Positions 1 to 9,454 are shown, numbered from the stretch's first letter. The stretch: 32,000 bases of DNA from Halorhodospira halophila SL1 (GCF_000015585.1 NC_008789.1:630001-662000), one strand, 5' to 3'. Made by a program: numbers and translations. Notes: generated by a model not told the origin, from the letters alone.

Positions 1-1
1 G

Positions 2-1708
2 ATCCACGAAGGCGACGTGGAAGAGCTGATCGCCGACCCGGTGGAGCACCTGCGCTCGCGGACGACCCTGCGCCACCCGCACCTGCCGCTGCCGTCCGGG
101 ATTTTCGGCCCGGAGCGGGTCAACAGCCGCGGTATCGACTTCTCCAACCGGCAAGAGACCGCCGCCCTGGCTGCTGCCATGACCACCGCCGCCGAGCCTG
201 CCCGCGAGGCGCGGCCGATCATCAACGGCCAGGGCGCCACCGAGGCCGACGGCACCTGGGCCGAGGTCTGCAGCCCCACGGATACCGCCCAGCACGTCGG
301 CCGGGTGCTGTGGGCCGGCCACGAGCACCTGGAGCAGGCCCTAGCCAGTGCCGCAGCGGCCTGGCCGCGCTGGGCCGCGACGCCGGTGGACGAGCGCGCC
401 CGAGCCCTGGAGCGCCTCGCCGACCTCTACGAGGCGCACACCGCCGAGCTGATGACCCTGTGCACCCTGGAAGGCGGCAAGACCCTTAAGGACGGCATCG
501 CCGAGGTGCGCGAGGCGGTGGACTTCTGCCGCTACTACGCCGTCCAGGCGCGGCGGCTGATGGGCGAACCGACCCCGTTACCCGGCCCCACCGGCGAGAC
601 CAACGCCCTGCAGCTGCACGGCCGCGGCACCTACCTGTGCATCAGCCCCTGGAACCTGCCGCTGGCGATCTTCACCGGGCAGATCACCGCCGCCCTGGCC
701 GCCGGCAATGCGGTGATCGCCAAGCCGGCGGAGCAGACGCCGCTGATCGCCCACCGAGCCGTGGAGCTCATGCATCAGGCGGGCATCCCCGGTGACGTGC
801 TCCACCTTCTGCCCGGCGAGGGCCGGCGCATCGGGCCGCCGCTGGTGGCCGATCGGCGGATCGACGGGGTCGCCTTCACCGGCTCGGTGGCCACGGCGCA
901 GCAGATCCACCGCACCCTGGCCGAGCGCGATGGCCCCATCGTTCCGCTGATCGCCGAGACCGGCGGCCTCAACGCCCTGATCGTCGACTCCAGCGCCCTG
1001 CCCGAGCAGGCGGTGGTGGATGTACTGCGCTCGGCGTTCTTCAGCGCCGGCCAGCGCTGCTCGGCGCTGCGCCTGCTGTGCATCCAGGAGGACATCGCTG
1101 AGCCGTTCCTGGCGATGCTGCGCGGGGCCATGGACGCCCTGCGGGTTGGTGATCCGCGCTGGCTGGCCACCGACGTCGGCCCGGTGATCGACAGCGACGC
1201 CCGGGCGCGGCTGGAGGCCCATCACGAGGCGATGGCCGCCGCCGGCCGCGTGGTCCATCGGACACCGCTCGGCCAGGCCGGAGAGCGCGGGCACTTTGTG
1301 CCGCCGTCGCTCTACCGGCTGGATGCCATCGAGGATCTGCAGGAGGAGTTCTTCGGGCCGATGCTCCACTACACCACCTGGCGGGCGGGGGAGCTCGACT
1401 CGGTGGTGGAGCGGATCAACGCCGCCGGCTACGGTCTCACCTTCGGCGTCCACAGCCGCATCGACAGCCACCGGGAGATGGCCACGCGCTCGATCCGCGC
1501 CGGAAACGCCTACGTCAACCGGGACATCGTCGGCGCGGTGGTGGGCTCCCAGCCCTTCGGCGGCGAGGGGCTGTCGGGTACCGGGTTCAAGGCCGGCGGA
1601 CCGAACTATCTGCTGCGCTTCGTCAACGAACGGGTGGTCACCGAGAACACGGCGGCGGCCGGCGGCAACGCCTCCCTCTTCGCCTTGGGGGAGGACGACG
1701 AGGCGTAA
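2..1708 (+). CDS. putA: Bifunctional proline dehydrogenase / L-glutamate gamma-semialdehyde (P5C) dehydrogenase PutA, C-terminal aldehyde-dehydrogenase part. The 5-prime end lies upstream of the window.
   Basis: The frame is open from base 2 with no stop, so the GTG at 17 is only the track's start. The translation has aldehyde dehydrogenase hallmarks (ISPWNLPLAI, FTGS, ETGGLNA, GQRCSA, EEFFGPML, PFGGEGLSGTG) and a PutA-type C-terminal tail (NTAAAGGNASL). Confidence 0.9.
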   Translation: MHEGDVEELIADPVEHLRSRTTLRHPHLPLPSGIFGPERVNSRGIDFSNRQETAALAAAMTTAAEPAREARPIINGQGATEADGTWAEVCSPTDTAQHVGRVLWAGHEHLEQALASAAAAWPRWAATPVDERARALERLADLYEAHTAELMTLCTLEGGKTLKDGIAEVREAVDFCRYYAVQARRLMGEPTPLPGPTGETNALQLHGRGTYLCISPWNLPLAIFTGQITAALAAGNAVIAKPAEQTPLIAHRAVELMHQAGIPGDVLHLLPGEGRRIGPPLVADRRIDGVAFTGSVATAQQIHRTLAERDGPIVPLIAETGGLNALIVDSSALPEQAVVDVLRSAFFSAGQRCSALRLLCIQEDIAEPFLAMLRGAMDALRVGDPRWLATDVGPVIDSDARARLEAHHEAMAAAGRVVHRTPLGQAGERGHFVPPSLYRLDAIEDLQEEFFGPMLHYTTWRAGELDSVVERINAAGYGLTFGVHSRIDSHREMATRSIRAGNAYVNRDIVGAVVGSQPFGGEGLSGTGFKAGGPNYLLRFVNERVVTENTAAAGGNASLFALGEDDEA

Positions 1709-1713
1709 GCGTT

Positions 1714-1968
1714 GAGGGAGCCGGTGGGCAGGCGGTCGACCGTGCTTGCGCGATGCGGCTGACGAAGCCCGGGGGCAGTTCCGTGAAACCGTGGGCGGTG
1801 GGGGCGTGACAACGGCGCTGACGAGCGCACCCCTTCGGGGTCCCCTGCGCTGCTCGGTGCGCTCAATGCGCCGTTGTCACGCCCCCACCGCCCACGGCCG
1901 GAGCACCCACCGGCTCTGGAGCGTTCCGGCACGCAAGCACGGTCGACCGCCTGCCCACCGGCTCCCTC
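1714..1968 (+). repeat. Long hairpin-forming intergenic repeat, copy E1 (mini-core variant)
   Basis: Perfect 37-bp inverted repeat 1714-1750 / 1932-1968. Perfect 28-bp second stem 1791-1818 / 1868-1895. A 9-bp inner stem 1823-1831 / 1856-1864 encloses ggggtcccctgcgctgctcgg, a block shared with E2 and E3. No ORF with coding character. Confidence 0.85.
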
Positions 1969-1976
1969 GCCACTGT

Positions 1977-2957
1977 CTAAGCCTCGTCGTCCAGCCCCTC
2001 GAACAGGGGTGTGGATAGATAGCGCTCGGCGCCAGAGGCGAGGATGACCACCAGACGCTGTCCGGCCAGCTCCGGCCGGGCGGCCACCTGGACCGCCGCC
2101 GACAGCGCCGCCCCACTGGAGATTCCGCACGGGATCCCTTCCAGCCTCGCCACCCGACGGCTCATGGCCAGCGCCTCGTCGTCCGTCACCTGCAGGGTCT
2201 CATCGACCAGGGTGGCATCCAGGGTATCCGGCAGAAAGCCGGCACCGATGCCCTGCAGACCGTGGGGCCCCGGCGCCCCACCGGAGAGCACCGGCGACCC
2301 GGCCGGCTCCACGGCGTAGGCGCGGAAACCGGGCCGGCGCTCCTTGAGCACCCCGGCGATCCCGGTCAGGGTCCCGCCGGTCCCCACCCCGGCGATCAGA
2401 CCGTCCACCGACCCGCCGGTATCGCGCCAGATCTCCTCCGCGGTACGCAGGCGGTGTGCGCGGGGATTGGCCGGATTGCTGAATTGCGCCGGCGTGAAGC
2501 TATCCGGGATCTCCTCGAGCAGAGCCTCGGCCCGGTCGATGGCGCCGCGCATGCCCGCCGCCGGGTCGGTCAGTTCCACCCGGGCACCGTAGAAGGCAAA
2601 CAGCTTGCGACGCTCGGCGGACATGTTCGCCGGCATGGTGAGGATCAACCGGTACCCACGGGCCGCGGCGATGAAGGCCAGGCCAATGCCGGTGTTCCCC
2701 GAGGTAGGCTCGATGAGCGTCGAGCGCCCCGGCGTGATGCGTCCCTCCGCTTCCGCGGCCTCGATCATCGCCAGGGCGATGCGATCCTTCACCGAACTCA
2801 GCGGATTGAACATCTCCAGCTTGGCCAGCAGCTCTGCGGCCAAACCGGCTTCGGCACCCAGGCGCGACAGCCGCACCAGCGGGGTCTCGCCGATGGTGGC
2901 CACGAAGTCGTCGTAGATCCGCCCGCCTTCGGGCGCGGGCGCCTCCATATCGGTCAT
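1977..2957 (-). CDS. cysK: Cysteine synthase A (O-acetylserine sulfhydrylase), PLP-dependent
   Basis: Motifs PLSSVKDR, TSGNTGIGLA, GVGTGGTLTG and ERYLSTPLF. I chose the start at the ATG 2955-2957 (MTDME...) because GGAGG lies 4 nt upstream. The longer ORF start at 3005 has no SD. CysK versus CysM is not fully resolved. Confidence 0.85.
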   Translation of the reverse strand: MTDMEAPAPEGGRIYDDFVATIGETPLVRLSRLGAEAGLAAELLAKLEMFNPLSSVKDRIALAMIEAAEAEGRITPGRSTLIEPTSGNTGIGLAFIAAARGYRLILTMPANMSAERRKLFAFYGARVELTDPAAGMRGAIDRAEALLEEIPDSFTPAQFSNPANPRAHRLRTAEEIWRDTGGSVDGLIAGVGTGGTLTGIAGVLKERRPGFRAYAVEPAGSPVLSGGAPGPHGLQGIGAGFLPDTLDATLVDETLQVTDDEALAMSRRVARLEGIPCGISSGAALSAAVQVAARPELAGQRLVVILASGAERYLSTPLFEGLDDEA

Positions 2958-3033
2958 TCCACCTCCGGGCATCGGGTTCGCAGGGCCATTTCCGATGTGC
3001 AGCATAACCTACGGGGACGCTGCGCTGCGTCAT

Positions 3034-3061
3034 TTGCAAAAGGTTGCATAGCCCCTATTCT
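3034..3061 (+). promoter_or_regulatory. Candidate sigma70-type promoter for phbB (TTGCAA-16 nt-TATTCT), overlapped by the inverted repeat TGCAA-N4-TTGCA
   Basis: ttgcaa at 3034-3039 and tattct at 3056-3061 with a 16-nt spacer. Inverted repeat tgcaaaaggttgca at 3035-3048. Hexamer matches only, with no experimental support. Confidence 0.25.
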
Positions 3062-3139
3062 GGGGAAAAAGTGGCGGGCAGCGGCATCTGCCACGCGCTA
3101 ACAAAACGGACAAGGAACGGCATCAAAGGGGGAGACCTT

Positions 3140-3886
3140 ATGAGCCAGAAGACGGCACTGGTAACCGGCGGCCTCGGTGGGCTCGGCGCGGCGGTGTGCG
3201 AGCGCCTGGGCCGCAGTGGCCACACCGTCGTGACCACCTACACCGCGGACAACGGCCGGGTTGCGCAGTGGCGGGAGCGGCTGCAGGAGCGCGGCGTGAC
3301 GGCTCCGATCCACGCGGTCCAGTGCGACGTCGCCGACTGGGATTCCTGCGCGGCCATGGCCGAGGCGGTCCACGAGCAGGCCGGCCCCGTGGACATCCTG
3401 GTCAACAACGCCGGGATCACCAAGGACGGCAGCTTCAAGAAGATGACCCGGGAGAACTGGGACGCCGTGATGCGGACCAACCTGGACAGCGTCTTCAATG
3501 TCACCAAGCAGTTCGCCGACGACATGGCCGGACGCGGCTGGGGCCGGATCGTCAACGTGGCCTCGGTCAATGGCCGTAAGGGGCAGTTCGGGCAGTGCAA
3601 CTACGCCGCCACCAAGGCGGGCATGCACGGCTTCACCATGTCCCTGGCGCGCGAGCTGGCGCACAAGGGCGTCACGGTCAACACCGTCTCGCCGGGTTAC
3701 CTCGCCACCGACATGGTCATGGCCATGAAAGAGGAGGTGCGTCAGCAGATCGTCGACACCATCCCGGTACGGCGGCTCGGCGAGCCCGACGAGGTGGCCT
3801 CGCTGATCGAGTACCTCGCCTCGGAAAACGCCGGCTTCATCACCGGCGCCAACCTGGATATCAACGGCGGGCTGCACATGGAGTAA
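3140..3886 (+). CDS. phbB: Acetoacetyl-CoA reductase (NADPH-dependent SDR, PHB synthesis)
   Basis: ATG at 3140 is preceded by agggggag. Contains TGGLGGLG, NNAGIT and the PhaB-typical GQFGQCNYAATKAGMHGFTM, and ends GANLDINGGLHME. Confidence 0.85.
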   Translation: MSQKTALVTGGLGGLGAAVCERLGRSGHTVVTTYTADNGRVAQWRERLQERGVTAPIHAVQCDVADWDSCAAMAEAVHEQAGPVDILVNNAGITKDGSFKKMTRENWDAVMRTNLDSVFNVTKQFADDMAGRGWGRIVNVASVNGRKGQFGQCNYAATKAGMHGFTMSLARELAHKGVTVNTVSPGYLATDMVMAMKEEVRQQIVDTIPVRRLGEPDEVASLIEYLASENAGFITGANLDINGGLHME

Positions 3887-3895
3887 CCGCCGATG

Positions 3896-3923
3896 GCGGG
3901 GGACAGGCCGCCCTGCCCCCCGC
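3896..3923. terminator. GC-rich hairpin between the convergent phbB and comEA genes (possible bidirectional terminator)
   Basis: gcgggggacagg (3896-3907) pairs with ccctgccccccgc (3911-3923) with one mismatch. There is no U-tract on either strand. Confidence 0.35.
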
Positions 3924-3933
3924 TCTGGCGCCC

Positions 3934-4233
3934 CTAGTCGGCGCCGTCCACCCGGATCTGCTCCCGGTTCTCCTCGAGCGTGGCCGGGCCGACCCCGCTG
4001 ACCCGGGAGAGGTCCTCGGCATCCTGGAAGGGGCCGTTGGCCTCCCGCTCCTCGATAATGGCCTCCGCCCGGGCCTCGCCGACGCCGTTGAGGACCGAAG
4101 CGAGTTCATCCGCCGAGGCGGCATTGATATCCACGCCTCCGGCAGCCTGTACGGCCCCGGCAAGGAGCAGGGTGGTCGCGGTGCATACGGTGGAGATGAG
4201 CGCACGGCCGGCGCCACTGAATCGCTCAGGCAT
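3934..4233 (-). CDS. comEA: ComEA-family helix-hairpin-helix DNA-binding protein with signal peptide
   Basis: Start ATG 4231-4233 with GGAGG 7 nt upstream. Hydrophobic N-terminus ending AVQAAGG, then INAASADELASVLNGVGEARAEAII..R..GPF...EDL..V.GVG (HhH repeats). Confidence 0.8.
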   Translation of the reverse strand: MPERFSGAGRALISTVCTATTLLLAGAVQAAGGVDINAASADELASVLNGVGEARAEAIIEEREANGPFQDAEDLSRVSGVGPATLEENREQIRVDGAD

Positions 4234-4285
4234 ATCGAATCCTCCCTGATCATGGTTGCCTGTGGTCGCCACTCCCTGGCGACGC

Positions 4286-4306
4286 GCACCGTCGTGTCGA
4301 CGGTGC
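4286..4306 (-). terminator. Hairpin downstream of pyrF / upstream of comEA (9-bp stem, 3-nt loop)
   Basis: gcaccgtcg tgt cgacggtgc. A second hairpin, gtcgcca..tggcgac, lies at 4265-4283. There is no U-tract, so function is uncertain. Confidence 0.25.
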
Positions 4307-4366
4307 ATGAGTCACTTTAGCAGTCTGTCCCGACGACGCCAATCGGGTGGAGCCCCAGGCCCGCCC

Positions 4367-5077
4367 TCATCCGGCGGCGGCGATCTCCGCGGCGATGGCC
4401 GCCGCGGCGGCGGCGGGATCCTCCGCCGCGGTGATCGGTCGCCCCACGACCAAGTGATCGCAGCCCGCCGCTACCGCGGCAGCCGGTGTTGCGATGCGCT
4501 GCTGGTCCCCCAAAGCCGCACCGGCCGGACGCACCCCCGGGGTCACCCGCAGCAGCCCGGCGCCGAACCGCTCACCAATCGCCGCCGCCTCCTCCGGGGA
4601 GCAGACCACGCCGTCGAGCCCGCTCGCCTGGGCTAGGCCGGCCAGGCGCAGGACCGCCTCGCGGGGCGGTCCGGCCAGGCCGATCTCCTCGAGGGTCGCC
4701 GCGTCGTGGCTGGTCAGGACGGTCACTGCGGTGATCAGGGTCCGACCCTCGGCGGCCGCCACCGCCTCGGCGGCGGCCTCGAGCATCCGTCGGCCGCCCA
4801 GGGCGTGGACGTTGACCATCCACACGCCGAGATCCGCGGCCGCACGGCAGGCGCCGGCCACGGTGTTGGGAATGTCGTGGTACTTGAGGTCGAGGAAGAC
4901 CTCGAAGCCCCGGGCGTGAAGTCGCTCCACCAACTGCGGCCCAGCGCGGGTGAACAGCTCCTTGCCCACCTTTAAGCGGCACAGGCGTGGATCGAGCTGT
5001 GCCGCCAGGGCCTCGGCCGGGGCTGCGGCCGGGAAGTCCAGCGCCACGACCAACCGCGGCGGGCCAGGTACGCTCAT
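4367..5077 (-). CDS. pyrF: Orotidine 5-prime-phosphate decarboxylase
   Basis: [38 protein letters not shown] and LVVGRPIT. The start ATG 5075-5077 overlaps the lapB stop (ATGA). Confidence 0.9.
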   Translation of the reverse strand: MSVPGPPRLVVALDFPAAAPAEALAAQLDPRLCRLKVGKELFTRAGPQLVERLHARGFEVFLDLKYHDIPNTVAGACRAAADLGVWMVNVHALGGRRMLEAAAEAVAAAEGRTLITAVTVLTSHDAATLEEIGLAGPPREAVLRLAGLAQASGLDGVVCSPEEAAAIGERFGAGLLRVTPGVRPAGAALGDQQRIATPAAAVAAGCDHLVVGRPITAAEDPAAAAAAIAAEIAAAG

Positions 5078-6243
5078 CGGTCCTCCGTCTCGGTCTGCGG
5101 CCGGATGCTCGCCCAGCCCTGGCAACCCGGGCACTGCCAGAACAACGTCCGCGCCGAGAATCCGCAGCGCCGGCAACGGTAGAGGGCACGCCCGGCCTCG
5201 AGCTTCTCGAACAGATCCAGCAGGATCTGCATCTCCCGCGGGCCGATGGGCTCACCCACCGAGTGGGTCAGGGCCACCAGCCGGCGGATACCGTCCAGTG
5301 ACGGCTGGCGCCGCAGCATCAGCGTCAGCTCGCGGATCGCCGCCTGGGTACCGCGGCGCTCGCGAATGACCTCCGCCAGCCGGACCATCAGCCGGCCGTC
5401 GGGCATGCGGGTGACGGTATCCCGCAGGAAGGTCTCCATCTGCCCAGAGCGACCCAGCCCACGGTAGGCGGCGGCCAGGCCATCAAGGACCTCCGGCAGC
5501 AGCGCCGGGTCCTGCTGCCCGACGGCCTCGTAGGCCTTGACGGCAGCCTTGTAACGTCCCAGTTCGCGCTCCAGGTCGCCGAGCAGCATGTTGGCCCGGG
5601 CACAGTCGGGATCGGCGCTCAGCGCACGACGCAGTGCCTTGCGCGCGTGTTCAGTGTAGCCCCGCGCCAGGGCATGGGCGGCCTGCTCGCAGCGCAGCTG
5701 GCCGATCCGCACACGGTAGTCGCCCTCGCCCACCTGCTCGAGCCGCTCGGCGGTCTCGATGGCACGATCCCATTCGCGTTCATGCTCGTAGATGGTCAGC
5801 AGCCGGCGCAGGGCCTGCTCTACGTGGGCGTCCTGCTCCACCACCTCCTGGAAGAGCTTCTCGGCCCGGTCGAAGACCCCCGCCTTCATGTAGTCCTCGC
5901 CCAGCGCCAGCAGGGCGTAGGTGCGCTGCCGCCGGGTCAGCGACGGGCGGGCGATGAGGTTCTGGTGGATGCGGATGGCCCGGTCGACCTCGCCCCGCCG
6001 GCGGAAGACACTGCCCAGGGCCAGGTGGGTCTCAGCGGTATCGCTGTCGACCTCGACCATGCGGGTAAACACCTCCAGCGCCTTGTCCCGCTCCTCGTTG
6101 AGCAGGTAGTTCAGGCCCTGGAAGTAGGCGTCGGAAATCTGAGGAGAGAATGCGTCGTGGTGCTCGTCACTCCCGCCGCGCCGGCCGATCCACCATCCGG
6201 AAAGGGCGGCTACTGGCAGCAGTAGCCACAACAGTTCATGCAT
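5074..6243 (-). CDS. lapB: Lipopolysaccharide assembly protein B (YciM): N-terminal TM helix, TPR repeats, C-terminal rubredoxin-like zinc site
   Basis: [25 protein letters not shown]-like repeats, and the C-terminal CRRCGF...WQCPGCQGW. Conserved lapA-lapB-pyrF neighbourhood. Confidence 0.9.
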   Translation of the reverse strand: MHELLWLLLPVAALSGWWIGRRGGSDEHHDAFSPQISDAYFQGLNYLLNEERDKALEVFTRMVEVDSDTAETHLALGSVFRRRGEVDRAIRIHQNLIARPSLTRRQRTYALLALGEDYMKAGVFDRAEKLFQEVVEQDAHVEQALRRLLTIYEHEREWDRAIETAERLEQVGEGDYRVRIGQLRCEQAAHALARGYTEHARKALRRALSADPDCARANMLLGDLERELGRYKAAVKAYEAVGQQDPALLPEVLDGLAAAYRGLGRSGQMETFLRDTVTRMPDGRLMVRLAEVIRERRGTQAAIRELTLMLRRQPSLDGIRRLVALTHSVGEPIGPREMQILLDLFEKLEAGRALYRCRRCGFSARTLFWQCPGCQGWASIRPQTETEDR

Positions 6244-6248
6244 GGGTG

Positions 6249-6542
6249 TCAGTCACTGTCTCCCAGCGGCACGCGGCGCATGGCCTGCAGCTGCCGCTCG
6301 GCGTAGCCGAGCTGCCGCCGGAGCCGGGAGATTTCGCGACGACGGCGCCAGACAGCGCCGATGCTGGTCAGGGCACCGAGGGCGGCACCCACGATGAGCG
6401 TGATCACCAGGGCCACGGACAGCGCCACCTGGAACTCCGCAAAGAAGATGTCCACGGCGACCGGATCCGCATTCAGCACGGAGAAGGCAAGCCCAATGAG
6501 AATAATCAGAAGGATACCGATGATGGCGAATATGCGTCGCAT
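6249..6542 (-). CDS. lapA: Lipopolysaccharide assembly protein A (YciS), small two-TM membrane protein
   Basis: 97 aa with two hydrophobic helices. It sits immediately upstream of lapB, and an SD (gagggtgagag) precedes the ATG. Confidence 0.8.
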   Translation of the reverse strand: MRRIFAIIGILLIILIGLAFSVLNADPVAVDIFFAEFQVALSVALVITLIVGAALGALTSIGAVWRRRREISRLRRQLGYAERQLQAMRRVPLGDSD

Positions 6543-6576
6543 GGGCCGGCTCTCACCCTCTATGGCTGGAAACGAT

Positions 6577-6885
6577 TCACTGCGAGCGCAGCGGCGCCTG
6601 GTGGCGGCTGCTGTTCACGCGCTCCCGCAGCTCTTTACCCGGCTTGAAGTGTGGCACGTACTTCGCTGGCAGCGCCACGGGTTCCCCGGTCTTGGGGTTG
6701 CGGCCCATCCGCGCTGGGCGATGGTGCAGGGAGAAGCTCCCGAAGCCACGGATCTCGATCCGCTTGCCGTTGGCCAGGGTCTCGCTCATGTGCTCGAGCA
6801 TCTTTTTGACAGCGTCCTCGACGTCCTTATGCGCCAGATGCGGCTGCTTGGACGCGATGGCCTCGATGAGCTCGGACTTCGTCAT
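6577..6885 (-). CDS. ihfB: Integration host factor subunit beta
   Basis: MTKSELIE...[43 protein letters not shown]. Located downstream of rpsA as in other gammaproteobacteria. Confidence 0.95.
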   Translation of the reverse strand: MTKSELIEAIASKQPHLAHKDVEDAVKKMLEHMSETLANGKRIEIRGFGSFSLHHRPARMGRNPKTGEPVALPAKYVPHFKPGKELRERVNSSRHQAPLRSQ

Positions 6886-6924
6886 GGATCGGGGATCTCT
6901 GCTTGCTGGCTCGGATCGGCAGGA

Positions 6925-6947
6925 CCGGGGGGCCCGAGGCCCCCCGG
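6925..6947 (-). terminator. Perfect 10-bp GC hairpin 12 nt after the rpsA stop (terminator or attenuator between rpsA and ihfB)
   Basis: ccggggggcc cga ggccccccgg. No clear U-tract. Confidence 0.35.
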
Positions 6948-6958
6948 TGTCACCGGAC

Positions 6959-8641
6959 TCAGTTGTCCTGATTGCCCTTCATCTGCTCCTTGAGCAGATC
7001 GCCGAGCTGCGTGGTGCCGGCACTTGGCCCCGGACGGGCGTGCTCCTGCACGGCCACCTGCTCCTCCTCGGCCTCCTGGGCACGCAGGGAGAGGTTGACG
7101 GTCCGGTTGCGACGATCGACGCCGACGAACTTGGCCTCCAGATCCTGGCCCTCCTCGAGGACCGAACGGGCGTCCTCGACGCGCTCCTTGGCCAGGTCGG
7201 AGGCGCGGATGTAGCCCTCGACCCCGCCGCCGACGTCCAGCGTGGCGCCCTTGGCCTCGACGGAGAGGACCTTGGCGTTGACGGTGGCGCCCTTCTGGTG
7301 ATCAGCCAGCCACTGGCTCAGCGGATCCTGCTCGAGCTGCTTGATGCCCAGAGAGATGCGCTCGCGCTCGGGATCGATGGAGAGGACAACGGTCTCGACC
7401 TCCTCGCCCTTGCGGTAGTTGCGCACCGCCTCCTCGCCGGCCTCGTCCCAGGACAGGTCGGAGAGGTGGACCAGGCCGTCGATACCGCCCTCGAGGCCAA
7501 CGAAGATGCCGAAGTCGGTGATCGACTTGATCTGGCCGACCACCCGGTCCCCCTTGGCGTACTTGGCGGCGAACTCATCCCAGGGGTTCGGCTGGCACTG
7601 CTTCATGCCCAGGGAGATGCGGCGGCGCTCCTCGTCGATGTCGAGGATCATCACCTCGACGTCGTCGCCAACGGCCACCAGCTTGGCCGGGTTGACGTTC
7701 TTGTTGGTCCAGTCCATCTCGGAGACGTGGACCAGGCCCTCGACACCCTCTTCGATCTCGACGAAGCAGCCGTACTCGGTGATGTTGGTGACCTTGCCCG
7801 GGACGCGCGCACCCTCGGGGTAGCGCTGGGCGATGGCCTCCCACGGGTCGGCGCCGAGCTGCTTGAGACCGAGGGAGACGCGGTTGCGCTCGCGGTCGAA
7901 CTTGAGGACTTTGACCTCGATCTCCTGGCCGACTTCCACCACCTCGGAGGGGTTCTTGACGCGCCGCCAGGCCATGTCGGTGATGTGCAGCAGCCCGTCG
8001 ATCCCGCCGAGGTCGACGAAGGCGCCGTAGTCGGTCAGGTTCTTGACGATACCCTTGAGGGTCTCGCCCTCCTGCAGCTTCTCGAGCAGCGCCTCGCGCT
8101 CGGCGCTGTACTCCTCCTCGACCACCGCGCGGCGGGAGACCACCACGTTGTTGCGACGGGCGTCGAGCTTGATGACCTTGAACTCGAGGTCCTTGCCTTC
8201 CAGGTAGGTGGTGTCGCGCACCGGGCGGATGTCCACCAGGGATCCCGGCAGGAAGGCGCGGATGTGGCCCAGATCGACGGTGAAGCCGCCCTTGACCTTG
8301 CCGCTGATCTGACCGGACACGGTCTCGCTGTTCTCGTAGGCCTGCTCGAGGGCGCGCCAGGCGTAGGCGCGCTTGGCCCGCTCGCGGGAGAGCCGCGTCT
8401 CGCCGAAGCCGTCCTCGACGGTGTCGAGGGCCACCTCGACCTCGTCGCCGACGCTCACCTCTAGGTTGCCGGCCTCGTCATAGAACTGCGAGACAGGGAT
8501 CACCGCCTCGGACTTGAGACCGGCGTTGACGATCACGTCCTCGTTGTCGATCCCCATGACCTTCGCCGTAACAATGGCGCCAGGCCGCATATCGGTGTTC
8601 GCAAGGCTCTCCTCAAAGAGTTCCGCAAAGCTTTCGGTCAT
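6959..8641 (-). CDS. rpsA: 30S ribosomal protein S1 (six S1 domains)
   Basis: 560 aa beginning [13 protein letters not shown], with repeated S1 motifs (G.V...T.(Y/F)G.FV.L..G..GL.H.S). Confidence 0.97.
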   Translation of the reverse strand: MTESFAELFEESLANTDMRPGAIVTAKVMGIDNEDVIVNAGLKSEAVIPVSQFYDEAGNLEVSVGDEVEVALDTVEDGFGETRLSRERAKRAYAWRALEQAYENSETVSGQISGKVKGGFTVDLGHIRAFLPGSLVDIRPVRDTTYLEGKDLEFKVIKLDARRNNVVVSRRAVVEEEYSAEREALLEKLQEGETLKGIVKNLTDYGAFVDLGGIDGLLHITDMAWRRVKNPSEVVEVGQEIEVKVLKFDRERNRVSLGLKQLGADPWEAIAQRYPEGARVPGKVTNITEYGCFVEIEEGVEGLVHVSEMDWTNKNVNPAKLVAVGDDVEVMILDIDEERRRISLGMKQCQPNPWDEFAAKYAKGDRVVGQIKSITDFGIFVGLEGGIDGLVHLSDLSWDEAGEEAVRNYRKGEEVETVVLSIDPERERISLGIKQLEQDPLSQWLADHQKGATVNAKVLSVEAKGATLDVGGGVEGYIRASDLAKERVEDARSVLEEGQDLEAKFVGVDRRNRTVNLSLRAQEAEEEQVAVQEHARPGPSAGTTQLGDLLKEQMKGNQDN

Positions 8642-8770
8642 CGCTCAGTCGATCCAGGACCGTGTCACGGTCAGTTGTTGATGGTGGATTTCGGCGGCCA
8701 CGCCGCCGGCTCTTCCTTCATCGAATAGACAACACGCCACCGCCGCGAGGCGACAGCGCATTTGTGCCGA

Positions 8771-9454
8771 TTATCCCAGGCGCCCCCGCACCTGTGCCAG
8801 TACCCGCTCGATCACCGTTTCGATGTCCAGACCAGTGGTATCGAGGTATTCGGCGTCCGGGGCGGGCTTCAGTGGCGCCGTGGTGCGGGAGGCGTCTCGT
8901 CGGTCTCGCTCGGCTATCTCTTCCGACAGGCTCGCAAGGCTAACATCGGCCCCTTGCTCCTTCAACTGGTTATAGCGCCGCCGGGCGCGCTCCTCGGCGC
9001 TGGCAGTGAGAAAGACCTTCACCGGCGCATCGGGGAAGACCACGGTGCCCATGTCCCGCCCGTCGGCCACCAGCCCCGGGCAGCGGCGGAAATCGCGCTG
9101 GCGTTGCAGCAGCGCGTCGCGGACCGCCTGCAGGGCGGCCACCTGCGAGGCCAGAGCCCCGGTGGTCTCGGTGCGCAGCTCGGTGGACACATCGTCGCCG
9201 TCCAGGAGAATCCGCTCGGCCTCGCCGGCGACCTGGAACTCCGCCGGCAACACCGCCGCCAGCTCCGCGGCACGCCGCGCATCGTCGGGTGCCACCCCCT
9301 GGCGCTGGCAGTAGAGACCGGTCAGCCGGTAGAGCGCGCCGCTGTCCAGGAAGTGCCAGCCGAGGGCACGCACCACGGCCTTGGCCACGGTGCCCTTGCC
9401 GGCGCCGCTGGGTCCGTCGATGGCGAGTACGGGGGGGAGGTCGGTTTCGGTCAT
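8771..9454 (-). CDS. cmk: Cytidylate kinase
   Basis: [12 protein letters not shown]-loop, then LDSGALYR and [13 protein letters not shown]. Conserved position between aroA and rpsA. Confidence 0.95.
   Translation of the reverse strand: MTETDLPPVLAIDGPSGAGKGTVAKAVVRALGWHFLDSGALYRLTGLYCQRQGVAPDDARRAAELAAVLPAEFQVAGEAERILLDGDDVSTELRTETTGALASQVAALQAVRDALLQRQRDFRRCPGLVADGRDMGTVVFPDAPVKVFLTASAEERARRRYNQLKEQGADVSLASLSEEIAERDRRDASRTTAPLKPAPDAEYLDTTGLDIETVIERVLAQVRGRLG

Noticed and set aside
3033-3050. A sigma54-type promoter (TGGCAC-N5-TTGCA) suggested by tttgcaaaaggttgcat
   Set aside because: The invariant GG of the -24 element is absent. Only the TTGCA half matches.
3595-4320. The 241-aa plus-strand ORF spanning the phbB 3-prime end and the comEA locus
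   Set aside because: It is out of frame with phbB and antisense to comEA, has a low-complexity Arg/Gly/His composition, and has no start context.
6644-8464. The 606-aa plus-strand ORF antisense to rpsA. Similar long antisense or overlapping ORFs occur at 578-1471, 9381-10517, 10709-11812, 11725-13434, 13486-15003, 16204-17619, 18893-20113, 20990-22030, 22132-23376, 23265-24119, 24215-26086, 25921-27585, 28471-29205, 29662-30753 and 30597-31421.
   Set aside because: All of them lie opposite or out of frame with genes that have strong family signatures. Their compositions are repetitive and rich in R, G, A, P, D and L, typical of non-coding frames in high-GC genomes, and none has a start or RBS context.
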